Assembly (NCBI GenBank): GCA_030141605.1
Contig: JAQGDQ010000002.1
Span: 186,001-250,000, forward strand
DNA length: 64,000 bases
Direction of reading: 5' to 3'
From: Tubiluchus corallicola
Lineage: Eukaryota > Animalia > Priapulida
The translations under genes were made by a program, and so were the position numbers. Shown piece by piece: positions 1 to 35,240 of this stretch (the first letter of the stretch is position 1; the number at the start of each line of letters is the position of its first letter). The notes under the pieces are model-generated. The model had not been told where the DNA came from. It did not search any database and saw nothing but the letters and a program-made list of their open reading frames with translations.

Positions 1-435
1 GATGTGTAGTAATTACTTCGCATTATTGACACATAAAGTACATGCATGTATACAGGGTTCACAGACAGCATATATAGAATCTGCACTACAGATAAAAGAT
101 ACCCTTCTTGGTTTACTAGTCTGTAAATTTTTCAACATTAATGTTACCTGTAATACGAACCTGCTTGACTACATTGCTGATTATGACGACGATAGTGAAA
201 GATGATAATGACGATGATAACAACGACGACCAAGACGAAAATGATGATTATCATATTTGGTGCTAGTGTTGGCATTGCTTCTTATAATTGTAGTGGTGGT
301 TGTCGTTTTCCTAATAGTATTCCTGGTGGATATAGCAGTGACGCATCGTGTAGTAGTGGCACAGACGGTGGTACTGGTGTTAGTTGTGGTGATGGTTTAG
401 ATTTAAATCATAAGTCAACAAGTGAAAATACTTAC

Positions 436-24197
<23,762 letters not shown>

Positions 24198-24254
24198 AGG
24201 GGTACAAGTCGTAAACGGCAAAACAAAGGTCACAAGAGTTTGTATATATTGCCA

Positions 24255-24260
24255 TTTATA
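24255..24260 (-). promoter_or_regulatory. Candidate TATA box of the GABA-B-like gene
   Basis: TATAAA on the minus strand ~58 nt upstream of the proposed ATG at 24197. Confidence 0.3.
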
Positions 24261-24599
24261 ATTGTAGAGATTAGTCTATTGTTAAAGCTAGCGTAATTAT
24301 ATAGGTGTGCTTTGATTGACAAGTTCAGAGTCTTTTTTTACATAAATCGCCTCAAGCAAGGCAGTGTTGATAACAAACAAATCTGTAAACTGTAAAACAA
24401 ATCGGTTACCAGAGGTAATCTACCACAAAAATACAAGACAGCACATGATAATTACTTGAACCTGAAGTAAGAAGTCTACAAAAGTATGAAATTCAATAAT
24501 TGCTGATTTAAAGAGTCTCCAAGTTTATTGAAACTAGATTTAAATTAGAAAATTAATTCTATATTAAAAATTAGAAAATAATCATGCCTAAAATGTAAT

Positions 24600-25260
24600 A
24601 GAACAATAGAATAGAATAGCATAGCATAGAATAGAATAGAATAGAATAGAATAGAATAGAATAGAATAGAATAGAATAGAATAGAATAGAATAGAATAGA
24701 ATAGAATAGAATAGAATAGAACAGAATAGAACTTTATTTTTTACATAGATCACATTAAATTGTGTACATGATAATAGTCCATGGCATGTTAGTAGTAGTT
24801 AAAATATAAAACAGACCACAATACCTTAAAATTATACCAAACTAAAAATTGACAAAAGCACTAAATCTGATAAATCACAAAAAATACTTTGTAAAATTGT
24901 GTTTTTCTATATTCTACGTATTTATCTAAAGTAATTATCTTGAGCAGTTTTTATTATGTCTTGTATTTCAACTTAGCACTCTGATCTTAACATAATTTTT
25001 GCAGCTCGCTTTTGTAACCTGATTATATTATTTAAGTTTTCTCTATACGAGCATAGATAGTAATAGGCTATATGTGGCAAAACTGTCGCATTCCATAGCA
25101 GTTTTTGCAAGCGATTTATTAATAAAGGGTTGGAGTTTTTCAATACACCAATTTCTCGGGCTACTTTGCTCCTCCACAGTCTACACAAGTTTTCTTGCCA
25201 AGTGAGGTTCTCATCGAGTATGACGTCTAATAATTCTTCGCTTGTCGCTTGAACTAAAGT
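24600..25260 (-). mobile_element. Decayed L2/CR1-type LINE 3' fragment with (TTCTA)n tail
   Basis: Minus strand reads VILDENLTW...KVAREIGVLK...VLPHIAY...LQKRAAKIM, then AATAAA followed by the (TTCTA)n array at 24607-24730. Confidence 0.75.
24607..24730. repeat. (AATAG)n microsatellite (LINE tail)
   Basis: Pentamer array. Confidence 0.97.
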
Positions 25261-25782
25261 TTCATCATTTATTCGGATATTTTAATTTGCTCTGTTTCTG
25301 CCGTAGGCACGTTTTGTCGGCTGCAGACAACCATTGCATTTGTTTCGCTTACATTTATAGAAATGTTATTGTCAACCAATCACTGATTTACATTGGACGG
25401 TCGACAAAGATATATCTATTATAAGGGGGCCAGTTGTTTGGTAGAACAAAACCACTGCTCACAAATTACGCTGCGCAGGATACTGACAAACCGAACGCGT
25501 TCTAGTAGGAAACCACACAGTACTAAAGTAAATACAGGTATAAAATACAAAAGCGACAAACGGCAATAACAACGTAAAAGCAAGTCTACCAATAAAATCG
25601 AAATTTTAAAATAGGTAAGATAGTTATTTATAGTTAGATAATAAATTCGGAGTAACCTATATGTGTAATAAATGCCTTGAAGTTTTACATAGCAATTAAA
25701 ATCTTTTTAACGGAATACCGGTCTCTCGTGTATACAGAGGTAAGCTCTGAATTACATTATCATGCAAACGTCAACTATCATA

Positions 25783-27625
25783 TTAAGTGATCTTTTCTTT
25801 TGAGGGTTTTCCTTTGAAATCAGCAGTCTTGATGATGTACGTTTCGTGGAAAAACTTGATGAATAATATCATGTAGCTTGCATACATTAGACATCCACAT
25901 ATCATTGAGACACCATCTCCACTACAACGCAAGTCTACAAATACGGTCAGGTAAAGGTACCATGCACAAACGATGAAACCTGGTAAAAAAACGGAAACTG
26001 AGCAAATGGTTGAGCAGCACAAAACTTTATTGCCAAATTTACTGAAAATTCGGCCATTGACAAGGTGTAGATAGGTTATTCTTTTTCACATCTCATGCTT
26101 TCAGGTAAACATGAATGCAGATTGTGCTGCAGAATTTATACCCATATTTTGTTATTTCCATAGTCACGCTTCTTTCTCTGAGTGTAAGGCATGCTTTGAG
26201 TGTAATGCATATTTTGCTTATCGTATTTAAAAGACAAATTTTTGCCTATTTACCACTAAGCTTTCATAAGATGATAGCACTTTATTATTAGAATTTCATG
26301 ACTTTAGTTGAGGGTAGATATAATATGACTCAGATATTTCGGCTAATTTAGTATCTCATCACAGAAGCTTATTCTTTGTAGTTAGTGAGATTACGGTCTT
26401 CTCACAATCAGACAATAAATAACCAGACGGATGCTCGGTGCTAACTTTGAATGCCGGGGGCGGGGTACCAGCAAGAGTAGCCTTTTAAAACAATCATGAA
26501 TGTGCGTCGCGTTATTTCAATAGTATATATGTCATGTGTGAGTGACATAATTATATAATGCGACATATAGTTGTAGGTTATGATACGTTATTACGATTTT
26601 TCTAATAAATTTGTTTACACTGACAATTATGTCACTGTTGGCTGGTGATAGAATTAGCTGTTCTAAATTTATCTACTTAAAAATTAAAATTGTATCCAGC
26701 AACTATAAAGCAGACACATTTTGCTTTAATAATTTTAAAACCATGTTTCTATGAACCAGTGAATGTCCTCCATGGAATAAACAAACGAATTGCTTTGCAT
26801 TTGATACAGACCTGCAGCCTATTTTGTTTATCTTAGTTAACACTGATAATGCCTTTGAGAAGACAATCGTTGGATTTTCAATAACTTACCTAAAATCATT
26901 TGCAGAATCTGCATTAGCGTAATGACAACATTGACAAATTTTGGCACATACACGCGAAGAGATTTGAGAGCAAAATAAAAGTACATGACACTGTGTACTG
27001 TGTAATTCATTGTAGCGAACCACCTCCCAGCTCCAGTCTGCACTCTGTATGCGTACCAACTGAAAATCAGGACGGTTATGTGATGATACCAATGCAGAAA
27101 GATCAACTTTTTCTTGCGAAGGACAATAAAGATCGTGTCAAGTAATTCAGGAGCCTTTGAAAAGATGAATCTGCTGGTGTATACCCCAGGAAGACCATAG
27201 AGGTAACTGGTGACGCAGACAGAATAACTGAAGCTGTACATTTTCAGAGAGTAGATGAGTTCTGGAAGCATATGCCACGTTCCCATCAAACTGAAAACTG
27301 ACAGGCCAAAGCTCCACAAAAAGAGGGCTCCTCGAAGATCGAATTTTTCTCGGTCCTTCATGATTTTTTGAAGGCCAAATACTAAAATTAGGTAGACGGT
27401 GGACAGGTAGATTGACCAATGCCAGTAGTTCACATACCAATAATACGTGGAGTGCCTTACACTAAAAGTAGTATTTTGCGCTTCGAAAGGAAAAACAGCA
27501 TTAAGAGAAAAATTGTAAGGCTCTGGTTTATTTCCATGGATGGTTTTGCTAATATCCTCTACTGTTAAGTAACTCATGTAATCATCGTCGCTTATTTGCC
27601 ATATCTTGGTCAAGACAGCATCCAT
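25783..27625 (-). CDS. ELOVL6: Very-long-chain fatty acid elongase, ELOVL6/ELOVL3-like (310 aa)
   Basis: Exons 26890-27625 (donor G|gtaagt) and 25783-25979 (acceptor ttttttaccag), 933 nt in frame. Motifs SKAPELLDTIF, LIFLHWYHH (HxxHH), MNYTVHSVMYFYF, TLMQILQM. C-terminal KEKIT is a KxKxx ER-retrieval signal. Confidence 0.93.
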
Positions 27626-28092
27626 TATCTTTGCTAATATTATTTGTTTATCGGTTTTGAAATATATAGCTGGTAAAAGTTCTTCATCAAGACAGTCACA
27701 AGCTTTGTCACATATTTCGCTCTCGAGAGAAAGTAAATAAGTGATTATATGCAGCCTACAAACTTTTTTGTATCCCCAACGGGTATTAAAAAGTAGGATA
27801 TTTGTTATCTATGTAAGCGTGCAGCTTACATTAAATTTTTTAAAATCAACATTATACTCGTGACGACCTTTGTTTGACAGATTTTCTGCAATGTATTTTA
27901 CGTGATATTCTACTGTGATAAGATAAGCTAATATGTAATACTAGGGGACTCTGCATAGTTTTATAATTCTATTATAGGTATGTGACAAAGCAATGGTGAT
28001 ATAAATTTCTAAATTTCTCAAAATTTGCCTAGTCTGCCTCTACCCATTTTTCCTACCTTTCCTTTTCTTCACTTATGTATCTTTCATTAATT

Positions 28093-28094
<2 letters not shown>

Positions 28095-28139
<45 letters not shown>
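28095..28139. repeat. (CT)n microsatellite
   Basis: TC dinucleotide run. Confidence 0.95.
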
Positions 28140-28143
<4 letters not shown>

Positions 28144-29321
28144 TTGCAGCTCGTTTTTCTCATTTTTCAGCTGGTCTTTCTCACACCATGACAGGCCAAC
28201 AGAGACGTTTCTATTGGCCTGTCATGTGTGAATGTCTTTAATGGTTGAAACATTTCTTATTTAATGATTTATTTGCGATCACTGCGCCTGTTAATTCTCA
28301 AAATTCCCAAAATTCCAATAGCATCTTATTGTATTAAATTTGAAAAACTCTTGTTTTGCTACGGAACATAAATTAATTGAGAACACAAGATTGCGACCAA
28401 TCATGTATGTAAAATAACATGTAAAATAACAGAGACATGCACAAGACATGAGGGTTTGATGCGCAAACAACTTTGAAGTTCGCGTCGGAAGGATGACCTA
28501 GACCAAGTTAATTTTGTCAACCAAACAATTTAAAACTGTTGCAATTTGCTCACAGGGGCGACTGCCGCGCTAAAAGTGTAGCTTTCGCCTTGCCATAGCA
28601 ACAGCCCAAAGCAATAAATAAAAAATTCGAGAAATGTGTAAAATGGCTATAACAGTGCAGTTGCTCCGTGGAATAAAGTCATAGCGACACATCTGTACTA
28701 GACTTCCCTAATCTGTGTGATCTAGGACAAGCGAATAAATTTGGATACACCCCTGCTATATACGCCAGAAATGTAGTGATACTGACTAAGGCCAGGAGGC
28801 CTTGACGCCATTGTAAAATGCATCTATGTTCATCACAAAGACAATTCTCGAATGAACGTTACTGCTGGAGGACCGCAGCGAGATATACCTCGAGTGTTAT
28901 TCCATATTTTATAGGCTACCTGCCTAGTGAAAATTTTCTATTTTTTGGAAATATTGCCTATCAATCTATTGGACTGTCGTCATATGCACAAATTAAATCA
29001 AATTAAAGTAAAGCTAATGAAGCCAAAATTTAAATATAAATTTAGACTGTTGTAAAGCATCCATGCAAAAGATAATCTGGAGGTATTTGGAGCCACTAGT
29101 GCTCGCTATTTGTCTAACACGCAATTTGAAATTGGTTTTTACTCAGGCCTAAATTCCAATGTTAAAATGGTGGCTTATATCAGACAATAACAAAATGAAA
29201 TATAATAGAAACTATCTTTTCCTCGCCTTTGATAATAAAGGAATGAAAAAGCAGTGTCTATTTTACTTCGTTATTTTTAGTAAAGCCTGAAGCTATTGTC
29301 CGACTTTAGCCTGTGCACAAC

Positions 29322-30159
29322 TGTAAGGACCCATTATATAATAGGTGCCCATTATGTAATAGAAAAATGCCCAATATGTATGTAATACCTATTTAACATC
29401 TGCGACATTACTTGTATTATACACGTAGTTAGGTTGAAAGTTGTTGATTGGAATGGCACTGCAATGGACTGCTAGTCGATGGATTCCAGGTTCGAATCTA
29501 CTGTGGCACTATTGTATTTATACAGAATTCGTTCCTTTTTTCATTCGTCTAGTTTTTTTCGTTAAGACTACCCAAACTGTGCGGTAAAACGAACTTTAGG
29601 CATAACTTTTCCCAATTCGTGATGGAAACATTAATTTTGTGATAATTTTTGTCATTGATATTTTGTCACTAATAATAAATAGATTAGCGAAGAAGTTAGT
29701 ACTTTTTATATTTCATAATTTTTACAATAATAATTAATATTGTCGCGAAGAGAATATTATTGATCACATCTTATTTTGCCTTGTAATCGTACTAATTAAG
29801 GAGTAATAACATTTCTCATGCATATTGTCATCTTTGGCCTGCATGTGTGGTAAAATTGTGTAATACACATTTAATTACTAACAGTTGTAAAGGCAGTGCT
29901 GATAAAAACAGCTCAGAATTGTTGGCAATCTTTAATAGGCCCACTCCCAAACAGAAGACACAAATAATTACTGAAAAGGTTATTACAAACTGGGCAGATT
30001 TTGTATTACATATTGGCAGCATCATATTATTACATAATAGACAATTTTTTTGTTACATTTTATAATATATAATTATACATTTCATAATATTACATATTAG
30101 ACATTTTTGTATTGCACAAAAGGCACACTGAGTCGATAATTACACAATGGGTTCATGCA
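29322..30159. mobile_element. MITE/foldback-like element with subterminal ATTACA/TGTAAT repeats
   Basis: tgtaaggacccattatataat at the left end matches the reverse complement of attacacaatgggttcatgca at the right end; tgtaat motifs cluster left and attaca motifs cluster right. Confidence 0.55.
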
Positions 30160-30879
30160 TTGGCCCATTTTACTCTGTGTATTGTAACAATACTGAGTGT
30201 AAGAAATAGGTACCTATCGATGAGTTTTTACATCTACTTAGTTACCTTTGGGTGGTCCACTTGATAAGTTTTCCTATACACTAGTAAGGTCCGGGTCAGT
30301 TTGAGGTGCAATGCGCACCGTCGCAGTAAATGTAACATTCAACGTAGAGACAAGAATAAAATAGTTTCGACCATGAAACCGAAAGCATCACGTTAACACC
30401 GCAAATATCAGTCGCCCTGAGGTGACAAATTACAAACCGTCACATTCTATTTTCTTCAGTAGATGAATGGCTGTGACTTGTGCAACAATGGTGCGAGAAG
30501 GTCAAGTTTTATTTGTTGCGCATCATGTGACTATTTCAGCGACCACTATTTAAAAATGTACAAAATAAATTCAAGGAAATATGTCCAATTGTGAAGAAAT
30601 AGAGAAAAAGATAATGACGATGACGACGACAATAACAACAACCACAGTAACTTATGCTACAGCAACGAGACAACAATGACAACGACGACAATGACGATGA
30701 CAACTGCTACAACAGCAAGAACGACACGACCACGATATTGGTAGCGCCATCGAAGCAACAATAATGATAACAAAAAATTGTCGGGAATTTTCAGCAACAT
30801 AATAATTATTATAGTATTTTCTTTAAATGGCGAGGGACTTTTGTAACACCTACATATAGTTATAGTATATGTAGTATAG

Positions 30880-31126
30880 GCGGCAAGACTGCGGAGGAGG
30901 TCAAGTGACCCAATGGACTACACCAGGGAGGAAGAGAGGGGGTTCCTGCTGTCTGGGCAACTCAGGATCTCCATACACCTTGCCCAGGCGTGCGCCCTGG
31001 AGACGTTCAAGGATCGCACTGCTCAGCCACAGTCGACGCTGCAGCTCCATCAATGTGATCAATAACTGACTCTCTTGGCGCACACTCCATTGTCTTCCGA
31101 GACAGAAGGATGCCAACAACAACAAC
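30880..31126 (+). mobile_element. Short bipartite (internally deleted) RTE-type retroposon insertion
   Basis: 247-bp GC-rich insert, 11-bp TSD ATGTAGTATAG (30869-79; 31127-37), (CAA)n tail. The 3' half encodes SRIALLSHSRRCSS, like the RTE ORF C-terminal SRIGL.SH.RRC motif. Confidence 0.8.
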
Positions 31127-33289
31127 ATGTAGTATAGTATATATAGTTATGCAAAAGGGTTCGATATGTTTTTATAGTTATCTTGGTTCATGACCTGTGT
31201 AGTGAATAACATTATTGTCCATTTTTTTGGTCATTTTATGTACCATTGTCTTGAACTGTGAACCATAAACAACAAATCGCCTCTAATAAAACGTCATAAA
31301 AATGAGGGGTAGACGCGCCCCCAACTGGCCATAATAAAAATTTATTGTTTAGTGTAAATGTTTTTAACAAAGGTTTACAACAATTTTCTTCGAAAAAGTC
31401 AAGTGCACTCGAATTAAATATAATATTATTAACGACCTGACGTAGAAGGCCGCTTGATTAGTTTACTACGATGCCGTCAAAAATTGTTTAAATAAATTTT
31501 TATTTTGCTGTTTTCCAAATTAGCTCTTTGAGATTTAGTATTTTTTGTAAAGCAACTGTGCTTAATTAAAGAAATTAACCATGTACATTGTACATCCGTA
31601 TTCCATTTCTAACCGTTATTGATTTTTAACTGTAAATAATGCGTAGTAAATTTAAAAAATTACCCTTAGGCTTATACCTGTTAGCTTTATATGTACATTA
31701 CATAGTTACTAGAAACATAAAATTTTACTACTCACATAAACTTGCAGTGCTTAGGCGGCGAATTAATGCAATATTTTAGTTATGTGTTGTGGTTAATGTG
31801 AGTCCTAAATTCTAATAGCAAAATAATTTTGAAGCCGTGAAAATGTTGTTAACGTTAAAAACTGCTGTCATATATATAAAAATGTTAACTGTTTTGGGGG
31901 TAAGGTTTAAAATTAGAACCGTTGTTAATTGCTGCCTTGAAATTCTAGTTTATGCTGAAAGAAAACTTACCAATGACAATGATAAATTTAAAGAAATTTC
32001 TACATTACCTTAAAAAAACTGATTACAACTAGTACATGCGCCACGAGCATGATTGATTGTTTGCGTCCCAGACCACACCTCGGTGCTAAAAATATTTCTG
32101 TCTCCCATTAGAAAAGCTGCTACTATTCAACTTCTACTCTAGCTTAGCTATACGGTGGCAGAACAGTTGCAGTAGTGTAGCAATGGCAGTGACAGCAACA
32201 GCAGCAACAACAGCTACAGCAATACTATTTCAATGAGTAAACAAGTTAATAGGCCTAATGTCCGAAACAGTATAATTAATCACACTCTTGCCATATTAGT
32301 TTCTTCACTGGTAGACCATCGATTTTTGCGCAAAGCAAATAACAAGACAAAAATAAACAAAACAAAAAACAAATAATGGAGTTTTTGCATTACTGCAATG
32401 ATCACGGTCAAGTTTTTTCCCCTTACCTAGCAAAATGAATTTGTCTACTTAAATATACAAATTACACCGATTAATTAAAACTTTCCTAATTTACACAATC
32501 TCTTAAATTACACGTTTACCTTTAACAAGCATTGTTGATTTTTAATATAGTTCTGAAATGTTTTATATAACTTCCCTAGATAGTCACCAAAGATGTTCCT
32601 TCAGGCTGAAATTAGAATGCTACAAGATGACCGTAACATTAGGGCAGGTATAGAGCGGTGTTTCTTTTACTGGCTTTCTTAAGAATTTGAGAAAACAGGT
32701 TCGGCGACAGGTTTGAGACGACAATTCAAGCTAACAGGTTCGCGACAAGCTGACAAGGTGACTTCCAACACACGCCACGGTGGGAATACTACCCGTAGTG
32801 TATTACGTTCCATACAAATTAGAGACAGATTTACGAGACTGGGTAATAAAAATGCAACGCCTGCCAAATACTGTATTTTTTGCAAAGTCTTGACTTCGTT
32901 CATTTAATGCGGATCACACTTTTCTCTTTTCTAGTCCAATTTTTAGCTGAAATTGTTCTCGTTTGTTTTTTTTTGGAATTTGGGCTTTGTCAAATTTGTG
33001 GTTGCTTATTGCTTGATAAGTCCTAACTATTAACTTGATTTTGGTAAACTTTTTTATTTTTTCATTGTTTTTTGTATCAATTTTTCCACTGTTTTGATGT
33101 TCAGATAAACATACCAGTGCTAGCATCGGGATCTAGATTTGATTGATTGATTTATTGATCATAATTTTATTTCAGACAAGAAAGTCGATAGAAAAATACA
33201 ATACAATACAATTTGTAGAAGAATTTGGCCCATACGCTGATTTTTCATCATTATGTTAGGCATTCAGTTTTCTCATGTTTCTCACGATA

Positions 33290-33900
33290 CCTGAGACAGA
33301 GGCCTCGAAATTGGTATGGCCAGTAGTGACCTTGGACAAAACGTCAAGGACACTGACACTGGTCAGTTTTCGACTGCCATTCAACTCCTCCTAGTAATTT
33401 TAGTTACATTCAACTTTTTTCATAAGTATTTAGATAAATTGGGGTAGATGTGTAACTGGGATTTAAAAACTCGGACTCTTTAAGGACCCGAGTTAAGAGC
33501 CAAATTGCGATAAATTGAATAACTTACATAACTGACAGGGAAAACATTTGGGTAGGGTAAAACAATGATATGTTTGAAAAAGCTGGTATTATTTAAGGGC
33601 AGAAATAGAAGCCAAAATGTGAAAATTAGGACATCCAATTTTTATTCGTGTTAACTCGCAAACGAAGAAAAATATAGTCACGAAATGTGCAGGACATTGA
33701 GGGCTGTTAACTCGTAAACGCAGTGATATAGTCACGAAATTTATAGGGTAGATACTTGGGGTAGGGGGCCTTAAAAATGGGATGGTGAACAGTGACCTCA
33801 GTCAAAGGGTAAAGGACACTGAACATCAGTCAGCGTTTTGATGGCCATTCAACTCCACATAGGCCTTCGAGTTAAATTCTGTTTTTTTCATAAGTATTTA
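33290..33900. repeat. Interspersed repeat with internal tandem duplication (copy B)
   Basis: The unit start recurs at ~33315 and ~33785; homologous to 18720-19200. Confidence 0.6.
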
Positions 33901-35160
33901 GGCACTGTAGGACAATAATCTGCAACCACACTCGACCAAGTATAGTCAGGTGTAAACATGGTTACGGCGTTACGCTCGCGGGTTTATGAGTTTTTTAAAC
34001 CTTCACTTTCCCTAAAACCTAAATTTAAAGTAATTGTAGTTAGTAATGGCGATTCTGTAACGCGCCACATCACTCAAACAACTATCACAAAATAAAGTTG
34101 CAAAGGAATCACAAATAAAAAACGTAACGAAGAAACAGAACTATTATCAAATAAATGTAATAATATTTTTGGACACTTTCACGCAAATTAGTTGAATTGA
34201 ATTGAAAATAATTTGAATGCCTTAGCAGGATAATGTAACTCAAAAAATAAAACGATAATTATTACTCAAAGAGAACAAAAACATAATTAAACTAAAGGTT
34301 TTTCTAAATTTTCTTAGCAGCGTATTTGCGTAAATAAGGCAAGATTATCCCATTAGTCACTCTTCCATCACTATCCCAATTCCATAAATTGTTAATTTGT
34401 GAATGCTTCCGAGTCGTCAGCACATTTTTCAGGCCGTTGTTTTTTATAAAAAATTAACTCATATCAAATCTCAGTCAGCAGCATTGTTATTCAAAACTAT
34501 CTCTTTAGCTAGTGATGACGACATGTACACAGGCATCAAACAAACACTATTAGTAGGTTCTTACTGTGGAATTTTTGCGTTTGTTTATACCTATAATTTA
34601 TAGGTATAATACCAATTATGTTTGCCTATACTTTAGTTTTTAGGTTTGTGTCTCAGGCATGAAAAGAAGACAATAACATTCTTGTACGAATTGTAAGTCA
34701 ATGTAGTAATACTTATTTCACCATCAGCTGATATGCGGAATTAAAAGTAAAAGTGCAGAGACCGAACAGGTAGTGAGTGGTGGGCGGTAACCTACAATAC
34801 ATCACGTCAAAATTTCAAGCACACAACACAATCATTCAACCTACTCAAGTTTCCACAAAATATGAGCCAACCAGTTAATCCCGAATGTTTGAACCGCTAT
34901 AATCCTGTGCTTAATTTCCACGTATCCTGTGTCTATTACTGCTACATTATACCAAAACAAAGTACCACCGAAGTGCAAGTTTTTCTGTTGCAACTTAATG
35001 AACTTTTTTTCAATGACAATCGTAGGCACCTCTGCGCCTTGGAGACATAACCCTGGTTAATACTACATGAAAGTGATAGTAACCTAGACAGAAATAGACA
35101 ATTGAAATGTTAGCCCGGGGCTAGGTGAAACGAAATTTTTCTTTACTGCCCAGTAACCCG

Positions 35161-35183
35161 CACGTGATGAAAGCATATAAAAG
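35161..35183 (+). promoter_or_regulatory. E-box (CACGTG) and TATA box (TATAAAAG) upstream of the chitin deacetylase-like gene
   Basis: CACGTG at 35161-35166 and TATAAAAG at 35176-35183, ~60 nt before the ATG at 35241. Confidence 0.55.
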
Positions 35184-35240
35184 GGCTGAAGGGAAGCTGA
35201 AGAGAGCACTCAAGACACAAGAAGTGACAAGAGACACACC

